Assembly (NCBI RefSeq): GCF_006345805.1
Contig: NC_042997.1
Location: forward strand, 122,822,001-122,886,000
Source: Octopus sinensis
Lineage: Eukaryota
DNA length: 64,000 nt
Reading direction: 5' to 3'
Positions 52,140 through 64,000 of this stretch are shown piece after piece (positions within the stretch are counted from its first letter, which is position 1; the number at the start of each line of letters is the position of its first letter). The notes under the pieces were generated by a model. The model saw only the letters and a program-made list of their open reading frames with translations. It was not told where the DNA came from and ran no database searches. A program made the translations under genes and the position numbers.

Positions 52140-52990
52140 CATAAACATATATACATATATATATGGATATATATATACAAGAGTGTGCGTATTATATTTA
52201 GGGTTGTATTTGTATGTAAATACATATATACATATATATTTTTATATACACATATATCTATATGCATTATATATAGATATACGTACATTTCTACATACAC
52301 GTTAATATGTGTGTATATGTGTGCTTATGCGTACAAATTTTGTATGTATTTACAGTAAATCTATCAAATTTGGCACGATGCTCTGTAAAAGTGAAACGTT
52401 AAGACTTTCGCTTACTTGTCCACTGATAAGGCAGTCAGCATTACCATACATTCTTGGAATCGATTCAAGTCTTGTTTTGCTGCTTCAGTTTTGAATTTCA
52501 TTATACGAAAGAATGATCCATTTATTTCTTATTGTCAGTTATTTAAAGCAGCTATAAATTTATTCATATTGATTATAACGTAGCTGCAACAACGGTGCAT
52601 CAGAGCATTTACAACAGAACACTAATCTCGAAAGAAATTTCCAGTCTTTTATAGACAAAAAGTTCAGAAAATACATTATGTATGTTCTGTTTGATTTTTC
52701 ACTCGGCCACTGCAAAACTTCCGCTTAATGTTATTTCTTTTTAAAAGGAGAATCACGTCTTTGTACATGGAAACTTTTATTTGCCTACAGTAAGATATTC
52801 TGTATTTTAGGTGTGTAAGAAATCAGGAACATGACACGTTATGACATATACTTCGTACAAAATTCAGTGATTCGGGCATCTTACTGTAAGCTTATGTATA
52901 CAACATATAGTAAGCAAAGCAAAAAGAGGAGCTTATGTGCTCGGTTGTCCTGAATTCCTTACCGACTGAAACCATATATTTAACATATCT

Positions 52991-53235
52991 GAGGATGTGG
53001 CTTAGTGGTTAGTGTGTTGAATTCATGATCGTAAGGTTGTGGTTTCGATTCCTGAACCGGGCGATGCATTGTGTTCTTGAGCAAAACACTTCATTTCACG
53101 TTGCTCCAGTCCACTCAGTTGGCAACAATGAGTAATTCTGCGACGGACCTGCGGCCCGTCCAGGTGGAGAATTTCTACGCCACTGAAACAGGGAAACCGG
53201 CCCTTATGAGCCTCGCATGGCTCGAGAAGGCACAT
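52991..53235 (+). mobile_element. tRNA-derived SINE family D
   Basis: A box GTGGCTTAGTGG, B box GGTTTCGATTCC, CORE-like GTTCTTGAGCAAAACACTT, then CTGCGACGGACC..CCCGTCCAGG. Confidence 0.85.
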
Positions 53236-54458
53236 TTATCTATTTTTTATATAATAGAATAGAAATATTGGTCGTGTAAAAAGAGCAAACATTTAGTATA
53301 TAAATCTGTTGAAACCAATTTATATTTCAACTATTTTCAAAGGGAACAAATTGATTCAATGGGCATCAAATGATAGTGAATGAATGTAAAAGCATAAATA
53401 AATTCATACCTAGGAACATCAATAGCGACCAGCAAGTTACAACCATTGGTTCCATAATGCATATAGTAAGGTTTTATGAGGGAAGGATTGTTCCTTTCAT
53501 TTTTATTAGAGTACAGATAAAAGTTATATGGCGAATAGAAATATCTATGCCAGATTGAAACAGGACTTGATATGCTGCAATATCAACAGCCGAAATTCTT
53601 CGAGCCGATGACACCACACTCCAAATGACTCCAAATTTTCCGATCGACAGTCAAAAGCGGTAAGGCAGACGTTAGCGTAAACAGAGCATCTGTGATAAAA
53701 CGATGCTTGTTCAATACCTAAAAATGTATACACAAAAATATCGCTACAGCCGAAATGAAATCCTCTGGATTTGTGCCGTTTCTTAAAATGATACCGCAAA
53801 TATGTTTACAAGATGCATCGTGCAGTACAACAGATATATGACTAGTGTAACCTTTGTTTAAAAAATGTACTCCAGTCACAAACTAGCAACGCTCTGAGCG
53901 GTGTCACTCACGGTTTATGAATGGGACCATTTCACAAAGAGGCTCTACATATATGTCAAGTAGACTAGGCTAGGCAGAAGCTATATTGAAAGTAATTAGA
54001 GACGATAACGAAAGCCATTTCAAAGGTAAAATACACAAAGAAGTTATTTTCACCCTCACCATCTGACATCTAAAGGAAACGATTGACGACTAAAGCAAAC
54101 AATACACAAGAAAAAAATATCATTGTAACACTACATAACTTTTCTCTTTCCTTATTATATCAAGAAACGTGTATGCAATAAATATTTGTTTAACTAGTAA
54201 AGAATATTAAAGAAACCGTATAGAAGTCAATATTGCTTTTTATGACAAATAGAAAAAAACATCCATCAGATTTACACATAGTTATATCTATTCCAGTATA
54301 GATGATGGTAGCGTAATAACTTGCATATATGCATATGAAGTAGTTATAACAAAAAGATGTAATATTAATTCTTGTTTTTTTTCATATCGCCTCACTTTCT
54401 AACATGTCTTCAATATGCATTGTTGATGTGTTGTATGACATAACACTAACGGATATAT

Positions 54459-54563
<105 letters not shown>

Positions 54564-54670
54564 TTATATATATATATACATTCTGATTCAATCTTCTATG
54601 TATTAGCGTCTACCTCCTTGGGACAAGATATCATTGGCTTGGAGAGTAGTCTGCGGAATACACATCGTTT

Positions 54671-54721
<51 letters not shown>

Positions 54722-55660
54722 CGAACACGCAAAGGAGTACGTCAAAACATTTAACTGAAGAAATGTGTATCGAGCCCATCTCTCTTTCTCTATCACTATA
54801 TATATATATAAATTCGTGTGGGAGAGAGAGAGAGAGGAAGAGAAAGAAAGAGAGGGAGAGAGAGAGGAGAGAGAGGGAGACACAGGGTGACAAACCAGAG
54901 TGAGAGATAGAGAAAAAGAGTGAGAGAGGATGGGTTGTGTACGCGTTAACATGGTATGTGAAGTACATAAAAAGTATTATTCATGAAATATAACGAAAAT
55001 CTTGACAAGCGCTAATATTTCTTATAAAGTAGTGACAACATATATATATATATATAAATAAGACATTTCAAATAAGTTAACATGTCTGATTGCTGCTACT
55101 GATATACATTTAAAACGTTTTTAGTCTGGATAGTATTGTTGTAGTTTATATGAGTATAAAGTTTTATACCTAAGTTTCTTTCGTGTATTAAGGCAATTTT
55201 AATTTAAATCTGGGAAATAATATAATAAGATGGCAACTATTTTCAATAATTCAAACTAAATTAATACCCATTTCCTAAAGCAAATTCTTACTAGTAAAGG
55301 AGAGAAATGAAAACTTAATAATCTACTGGCTTAAAATTAAAAAAAGAAAAAAATACGTCTTTCTTCCATATTCCATTATTTTTATCTAATCACTGCGTTC
55401 ATATACATATATTTTGTAAATATTTAATCCCAATTAAATTTGGGTGTTTTCTGTTGACGTAAATTTCGTATCTCATCGGATGGAGACAATTATTGTTTCG
55501 TATCTGGTGGCTTTTATTCTTGAGGGAGAGACATGTTATCGTACATGGGATACCAATTACTATAGTTATGTTGAAATATATTTCTTTGAGTCTCTGAATG
55601 AGAATATTACTGAGTATCAATATTACTGACCAAGTCGTAACACAATTACATATTTCTTAT

Positions 55661-56032
55661 AAGGAGGCGAGCTGGCAAAATCTTTAGAACGCCGGGCGAA
55701 ATGCGTAGCTGTATTTCGTCTGCCGTTACGTTCTGAGTTCAAATTCCGCCGAAATCGACTTTGCCTTTCATCCTTTCGAGGTCGATTAAATAAGTACCAG
55801 TTACGCACTGGGGTCGATATAATCGACTTACTCCGGTTGTCTGTCCTTGTCTGCCTTCTCTATGTTTAGCCCCTTGTGGGTAGTAAAAAAGTAGGTATCT
55901 CGTCTGCCGTTACGTTCTGAGTCGAAATTCTGCCTAGGTCGACTTTGTCTTTCGTCCTTTCGGTGTCGATAAATTAAGTACAAGTACGTGCTACGAGTCG
56001 AGCTAATCGACTCACCGTCTCCCCCCAAATTT
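55661..56032 (+). mobile_element. SINE family C followed by a tandem partial second unit (dimer-like)
   Basis: Full unit at 55661-55895; from ~55896 the body TCGTCTGCCGTTACGTTCTGAG..GTCGATAAATTAAGTAC repeats with a different tail. Confidence 0.88.
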
Positions 56033-57824
56033 CTTATACAGCAACTAAAGCATGAGTCACTATAAATCCTCACAGCTAATATCTGTCTGATTGCATTACT
56101 TTCGAAAGGAAAAGTTGCTTTCCTTCATATTTCCTTTGCATTGTACGTTTGTTGCTATACATCCACAAAACGTATCTATGTCGCCAAATGATTGTCTGCG
56201 ATGTACGTACAATACCAAACCTAACAAGTCTGGCTGGTTTACTGTATTAAGAGATATTTGTATCACGATGTGGATACTTTTCATTGACTCTCTAAATTCC
56301 TGTACATGCCTGGCGGCATTGATGATGGGCGTCATATGTTATTCATTTACGTTTTTGAACATCTACGATGTAATATCATCTTTTGCCAACATGTGTTATT
56401 TACATGTCCATTTTGGGAAGTGTGCGGTAAGAGGAATATTTTTTCCTTTAAATTTCCATTCAGTTCAGTTTGCTTCATAATATATTTTATAATTGTTTTT
56501 CTTAGTAGTGTATGTCGCTCAGAAATATTTTGGGATTGTTGATTCCTAATGTGACATATACAACAAGAAAAAAAAATATTCGGATGTGGACCTAATTCTG
56601 TATCTCCTAAATTTGTGACACTATTTGTCGAAACTTTAATGACACTATATTTATTACTGTCCCTATTCACAGACTTTGTCTTCATTTACAACTTAGTTGG
56701 CTTTTAGAAGCCATATTTGCAAAAGAAAAAACTTTCCGACGATTAAATAATCGGTATAGATCGTTGATATTCTTATCTCCTAAGGGCATATTTTGCGTTA
56801 GCTGGCATCAGATTGCTTTGCAATAGCTCATGGCTAGAGAAGGAAGTTCTGTAATATAGTAGTTTCGATTTATCATGTTATTGCCTTCCAAAATACAGGC
56901 GGCGAGATAGAAAGAACACGATGCATGACAAGAAATAAGTTTGGGAATATATATTCTGCATACATAAGGAGAATCAAAAACAGATAAACAGAGAGTAGAA
57001 AACATAATACCCTGAGGTAATACATAATGCATAGTAAGAGAATGACATTATTATAGATTGAGAAAGTATCATTATATGCTTCGCAGTAGCGTATTTACTC
57101 ATAACAAATATGTAAAGTTTTAGCTTTATGAGGAAATATTCCTGACATCGTCATAATGTAATGGTGAATATATTCTGTTATTTAATATTTACGTTTAACA
57201 TTTATCTGTAAAGAGACATAAAATACCACTGACTATCGAATGTAAGAGGAGTGGGCAAAATTTATATTATAGTGAGACCTCATCTGCATTGAGCTAATAG
57301 AGTTGGTTAAGTACAAAGAAGCTTACTGTGGGGAGATATAGTCTAGGGTCAGCTATTGTGCAGTTATCACGACAAGAAATGCACCTTGCTTTTGCATATC
57401 CGTTGGGTTCATCCATCGATATTTCTTTGAAATTCTAATGTCTTTCTTTGAAGAGGTCAAATCACACTGAATCATATCCGTAACTGCAACTAATGCAATT
57501 AGATAAATGTTATTCCTCAAGCTAATCTTTTCATCTCTTCACTGCATGCGTAATTCTAATTGTAATTAATTAAAGCTGCGATCCTTTGTCTTGAACATAT
57601 CTAATTAACAATGGTAACTGTGCTCTTCTTCTCATATCATTGTTTAGATAATTTCAGTTAAATAAATTTTTTGTTTGCTAACCAGCATACCTGGGTATAT
57701 ATATTTTTTGTTTTATATTGCAATCATTTAAAGAAAATACGTGATACGCAGGATGATTTAAAAGCTACACAAAAACGAGACAAAACAAAGTAATACACTT
57801 GCATCACCATTTATATACACATAC

Positions 57825-57862
<38 letters not shown>

Positions 57863-57917
57863 TATATATATATACATACATACATTCATACATACACACA
57901 CACACACACACACACAG

Positions 57918-57951
<34 letters not shown>

Positions 57952-58934
57952 TTATGTATATGTATATATGTATATATCTTAGTTTTTGGTTATTTTGGGC
58001 ACCGCTAATCCATATAATAACACTACAGGTTAATAGATAATGTTTGTGGAGAATAGCCGTTTAGGATGGTACTTTCCAAATTGTATGCGAATTGAACTTC
58101 AATCTTTAATGGGTTCATTAGCTTTGTTGCTTGGGAGAGTTTTAGAGTTGGTGATGTCGTCGACAGATGTAGCACGTGTACCTTCACGTTTACGCACACA
58201 CATCCAGAAGCATATATATATATATATATAATATATATACATTCCAGAACTCCAAAACAGAGTTTTCACATGTCTCATTGAGTTAGGTACAATCGAAGAA
58301 ATCTTTCGAACAGCGCCCAGCAGTAATATTTCAAAAATAATTCATATGAAATCTATTTACTTCACACGTTGACTTTCCTTCCCTTCTCTCTAACCACTCA
58401 TCACACCTTATGCCGATCTATCTCACTGTCTCTCTCTGTCTCTCTCTGTCTCTCTCTCTCTCTGCTTTCGTTTTGGTTCTTGCACTCAATCTCTTCCCGC
58501 TCACAGTTTCATATACTTAAATATTTATGGAACTCATCTGCATAATATATCTTTTCTCACACTTCCCTCAATTTACACAATAACATTTAACCCATACGAA
58601 AGGAAATAAAGCGGGTAATCATCACAACAAAATTTATTTTTTCAAATTCATGATGTCTTCGGATTTAGTTCTCAGGTTTTCTTAACCAAAGCTATTTATA
58701 TACCAACTTCTTTCTCTCTGAGAATTTGCAATATTTAATATCTTTAATGCCAACGTGTTCTCTCTATGCATCTCTGACCAATCACATTTAGTGAATGTAG
58801 GTTGTTAGCTGAAGTTAGTCAAGTCTGATCTTTCATAAATTTTGCTCATGCACGTCATGGTCCACACGAAATAAATCATTTTCAAATGATAGCAATATAC
58901 ATACATATATATCTGTCTCTCTATATATATATAC

Positions 58935-59572
58935 ATCCTCCAACCCACCTCTCCTCTCTTACGCTGACTCCTACTTCTTCTCTTCACTCCTACCCACATA
59001 CCCCACCTTTAATCCACCCTCCTCCTACTCAGACCCCACCTCTACCCCACCCTCACCCTAACCCACACCCCACACTTGATTTCCTCACTCCCGCCTCTCC
59101 CACTCCCAACACCATCACACCACACACCAGTACGCCTTCCACCACCATACCACACAATACAGCACAGCACACGTCCACGAACACATGAGCACTGACAACT
59201 TCCCAGACCCACATTTTCACACCGACACATACAGACACGCACACGTCAAGATCACCATCCCTCTCCACACTCACATACAAACTCTCTTATACACACACGC
59301 GCACCATCGTTTTGGGATTACCACCACTTTGTTACCTCCCAACCTCATTAGATCTTCTGTGTGATCCTTCTCTCAGGCCTTCGCCGTGATAGATCGCTAG
59401 CCACTACACATTCTATATTTTCTCTCCTTGTTTGTTTCTGTGTTCTTTTCTGTGGATAAGCGTAGGCTCGAAACGTTAAAGACTGTTTCACTTCCCGAGC
59501 GTTATTCTAATACATCTGTTTGTTGTCAACACCTGACCTCGTCTTTTGTTTTTTGTGAAATCTTCCTATGTA
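58935..59572 (+). mobile_element. PLE-like terminal repeat: C/A-rich low-complexity tract followed by the GAGCGTAGGCTCGAAACGT-family terminus
   Basis: 59300-59572 is homologous to 11651-11766 and 30130-30287. Confidence 0.7.
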
Positions 59573-60231
59573 TATTAATTCAATGTAAGTTAGAATTGTG
59601 AATCCAACCAACAAAGGGATAATATCTATCCAATATACTGCTGGTAGCATACCAAATTATTAAAACACACGCGTCTTTTATTGCATTGCAATTGCATTAC
59701 CCAGTGTACTAAATGGGTGAAGGTAGAGATATTTTACCATTAATTTATAGGGCAATAAGAGAATGGAGGGGATCAATAGGTGGTATTCATCAAAATTAGA
59801 CATTATATTACGTTAACAATTATAAGAATATACATACATGTATAACATATTATGTTTTAGATATAAAAATATATTAATAATATATGAATTATTAAAATAT
59901 AACGTATTCTCTCCCTTTTTTCTCTCTTTTACTTGTTTCAGTCATATACAAAAGCATAGATATATAAATATACATATTTATATGAATATGAATATACATA
60001 TTCATATGGTTCAGCTGAAAGTTATTTTCCAAATTTATATTCCTGTATGTTATATTTTAATAATTACTGGCATCTTTATACATTAATATATCTTTATATG
60101 TAAAGCATAATATGTTATACATGTATGTATATTCTTGTAATTGTCATTTTAGTAAATCAATAAATAAATTGATATAATATAATGTCTAAAAGTTGATGAA
60201 CCACCTCTTGATCCCCTCCATTTTCTTATTG

Positions 60232-60309
<78 letters not shown>

Positions 60310-60708
60310 TAACACATATATATACAAGTTTAATTAGAATAAAGTAAGAACTGTCCAATCAGAAACATATATTGATATATTATTATATTATTTTTATCTA
60401 TATTCCATTATTATTATTTTTTATAAATTTATATATCTATATGTTCATATATGTATATTGTTTGTATGTATATATATTTATATTTCTAATATTAATATAT
60501 GTTTCGGATTGGAGAATTCTTATTTTATCCTAATTAAGCCCGTATATGTATGTATTAATCAAACTCTGCCTGATTTGAAAGTTTCTGTTGTATCTATTAT
60601 ACTTGTATAGCGCCTTGGGTTCGGCTTGAGTACTCCTACGGTATCTGTGTTTCGAAAGAAAGTTACATACATATATGCATACATTTATATATATATATAT
60701 ATAATATA

Positions 60709-60744
<36 letters not shown>

Positions 60745-60775
60745 TGTATATGTGCATGTATGTGTGTGTGTGTGT

Positions 60776-61086
60776 GGAGGCGCAATGGCCCAAGGGTTAG
60801 GGCAGTGGTTCACGATCGTGGGATCGTGGTTTCGATTCCCTGAGCGGGCGTTGTGAGTGTTTATTGAGCGAAAACACCTAAAGATCCACGAGGCTGCGAC
60901 TGGTGGTGGTGGCGATCCCTGCTGTATTCCTTCGCAACAACCTTCTCTCACTCTTTCTTATGTTGGCCTGCTTGCTTAGCCAGCGGGATGGCGTCATCTG
61001 AAGACTAAAACAATACAAAGCGCATTGTGACCAGCGATGTGTAACCACATCTGATAGCCTGGTCGGTCACGGTGATCACGGTGATA
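60776..61086 (+). mobile_element. tRNA-derived SINE family A (tail type 2), full length
   Basis: GGAGGCGCAATGGCCCAAGGGTTAGGGCAG..GGTTTCGATTCCC; the tail matches 16311-16436. Confidence 0.9.
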
Positions 61087-61091
61087 TATAT

Positions 61092-61129
<38 letters not shown>

Positions 61130-64000
61130 CATGGGGCGAGAGTGTAAAACTAGGTATACACTAAGTATCACACCCATGTTATAAATTCATTAAAATTATT
61201 AGCACATTAAGGGTCATTAATCATAATAATACGTTTATCATGACCTCTAATAATACTTTTATCGTGACTATTAATTTCTTTGATAAAAATAAAATACTAC
61301 CGTACGTGTTTTCTTTTTTCATAACTGTATCCCAGCTTTATATATATATCGAGAGAGAGAGAGAGACAGAGAGAGAGAGACAGAGAGAGACAGACAGGCA
61401 GACAGCTAGATAGACAAACAGAAAGAAGTATATACGTGTGTGTGTGTGCATGCATTTACGTGTGTATCTATGTATGAACTTTTGGATTTATATATGTCCG
61501 TTTGCAACTTTAACTATTTCTTTTAGATGTACATTTTTATCATACAATCTACTATATCATAAAATTCCGAATAAATTGTTGATTTTACTATAGAATTAGT
61601 GGGAAACTGCACCCTGTTTATCTAAACGATTGTATAAGAGTTCAAAAATATAACAAAACTTTTCCACGTGTAAATTCACAAATCGCAATAGATGTATGAA
61701 CAGTATAATCAGGCAATATACATCAGTATTTCTGATAAGGATATTCCTGAATCCATATGAGGTGTATTCAATATTGTGTCCTTTATTGCTTCTACATGTA
61801 ACACTGTAAACACTCAGCGTTAAGAAAACAAATACCATTTGCAACGAATACACTACAATAGGAATATCGTCGTACTAAATATATTACATCAGAAAATTTA
61901 ACTTTGGCCATAATTATTTAAAATATCCATATGTCGCAATCAGTAAAGTGGAATTCGATACTAAATCGAAGAATTTCAGTTTCAGACACAACTGTTGTAA
62001 AAATTAATGGATGACCAAGTTGTTGGGGCTTGGGTGTCTTCTAATAAAGGTGAGAAACAAGTGAATATAATACAGTTAGTTTCTTCACTAAGCTTTTGAT
62101 GCAGGATAATTTAACAAATGCAATTTGCAGAACCATACTTAGTGTAAATGGTAGAGAAATATTCATGTATGCGATAGACATTATATTGAATATAGTGAAT
62201 TAATACTAAGGGGCTCTTTTATATATGTACTTATTGATTTCAATGTATATTCTCTGAATATTACTATCTGAAACGTGAACCGAATATCAGCATTGAGATT
62301 CACTACTCTTGTAAATAGTGCATTAAACAAGTCATACAATTGGAAAGTATATTACCTATACTTTCCAAAATTAAAGTGACTATAATGTTACTTTAATTTT
62401 GTAACAAAACCAATCTTCCTATATTGTTTTCATGTCAGTTTTTCAGGATTAGTTAATCTAATTCAAAAGGCAAAAAATGAGTCAAAATGAGACCACAGGA
62501 AACTTTACATTAAAACCTGAACTTTCAATACAGGGGATTGTTAACTGAGGATAATTTAGCTGTTATTTCAACCTGGTTAAGTGACCACGATGATCTGTTA
62601 GTTTTTCATGGAAGTGATATTTGTAAAATTGCATAAAAATCTATTTTCAGTAACTCTACATAATGTTTATGAAACTTTCAGAACTCCGTTTCTTGCTGGT
62701 AATATTTAATGATGTATTTAAGATAATTTATTGTATTAATGTCATTGTATCATCTTGGTACAGTGATGATTAATTACATTATCTTCCAGATATAACCAGC
62801 GAGACAACATTTCTCTTTGCCTTACTTGTTTAATGCCCTCCATTATTACGTATAACGGAATTTATTTTCTAACGATTTCTAGTTTATGGATAACTAAGAT
62901 GTAAAATTCAGAACGCGATATGATGAATTGCATAATGATATTGTGAGATAACGCGTACATACTAGCATAATTATACCACCTTCTAGAGGATAATACATTT
63001 CATTGTTTCTATTATTATTCGGCGTTTTAGTTTCTCTCAATTTCTGATAAGAGGAATGTCGTTAACTTTGAAATATATTAATCTATAATTTCTATACCAT
63101 TCTATGCATAGTCATTACACAGTTACTCTCTTTATATCAGTTTATTATACATCGTCAGATGTTGCCGACTTTATATAGGTATATTATCTGCGTGCTTAAA
63201 TATTTTATTTAAACATATATTTGGATTTATAAGCTTATTCCAAATTTTCGCGTCAAACATTTTTATAAAGTTTCTATTTTATATTTTATTATACGATCAT
63301 ATTATAACATGATATTCAGAATTTGCCAGTGAAACATTACTTAATATAAACTCTCTGTAAGTAGAGTAGCGTCTATAAAACATTCAAGGCCATGTATTAC
63401 ATGACGCGAACGAAATAGGGAAGGTATTATGAACATTTTCAATTTAAGAATAATAATTACGTCTCTTGTTAACAAAGCACAAACATTTGCATTCTGTTTC
63501 AGGAAATTGAGTTGTAGCTTAACAGTCATTAAAGATGTAATGTGTGAAATGCCGAATTACAAATAGAATAGGAACAACAGATTTTAATCGCAGAATGATT
63601 GACCACACAATATAATTTCTGAACGTTGTCAATGGAATATGGTGCGCAACAGTGCCGTATCAAACTCTTGGACATTTTCGTAATTATCATTATGTGAGTG
63701 AAATTTAAATTCAAGCCAGACTTACTAAACAGCATCTGCTGGACACTTTTCATGTATTTAGAATATTTTGCTTCTAGAGATGTCTGCGCAAAATTTCCAC
63801 AAATAAGAATGTCTGCAAAAAATTTCCACAAACACTAACGAGAGCTAGACGATGCACGCAATTTGTAATTTCAATACACAAAACACGAAACTTCCGATAT
63901 TAACTCCAACAAACATGCACCTTCTCCTCTTCTTGATGGATTGTGTTCTGTCGCACGTTCGGATGACCTCTACTCAACTCCACTCCGACTATTACTCAAA

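Noticed and set aside
52991-53065. tRNA-like sequences with A and B boxes (also at 8790-8866 and 60776-60850)
   Set aside because: They are SINE heads continuing into SINE bodies; no convincing cloverleaf, so they are not called tRNA genes.
54668-54727. Weak inverted flanks around (TA)n (GTTTGGA / CCCGAAC)
   Set aside because: Too short and mismatched to distinguish from chance.
57385-57485. Possible minus-strand exon (TDMIQCDLTSSKKDIRISKKYRWMNPTDMQKQ)
   Set aside because: Weak splice sites and no recognisable homology.
63529-63831. 100-aa minus-strand ORF
   Set aside because: Non-ATG start, no motif, and a length compatible with chance.

Overview
This is AT-rich eukaryotic intronic or intergenic DNA, densely packed with (TA)n, (CA)n, (TATC)n and (TAA)n microsatellites and transposon relics. 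The SINE families resemble those I recall from Octopus genomes; this is an inference, not a database match. No host protein-coding gene could be supported, and nearly all listed ORFs are microsatellite translations. Identifiable elements are: a Penelope-like element (PLE; RT plus endonuclease, minus strand, ~0.9-2.4 kb); a near full-length but frameshifted APE-RT LINE with a CCCH zinc-finger ORF1 (2.86-6.45 kb); several R4/Dong-type LINE fragments embedded in (TAA)n arrays (20.4-21.2 kb and 46-51.5 kb); 3' stubs of other LINEs; two Tc1/mariner transposase relics; a hAT-type MITE; and many tRNA-derived SINE copies from about four families. The three most interesting signals are: (i) minimal type-I hammerhead ribozyme motifs in short PLE-like termini next to (TA)n, with an apparently complete core at 33419-33490; (ii) recurrent fold-back palindromes at (TA)n arrays; (iii) a 3'-terminal motif with a covarying hairpin shared by two LINE families and one SINE family.
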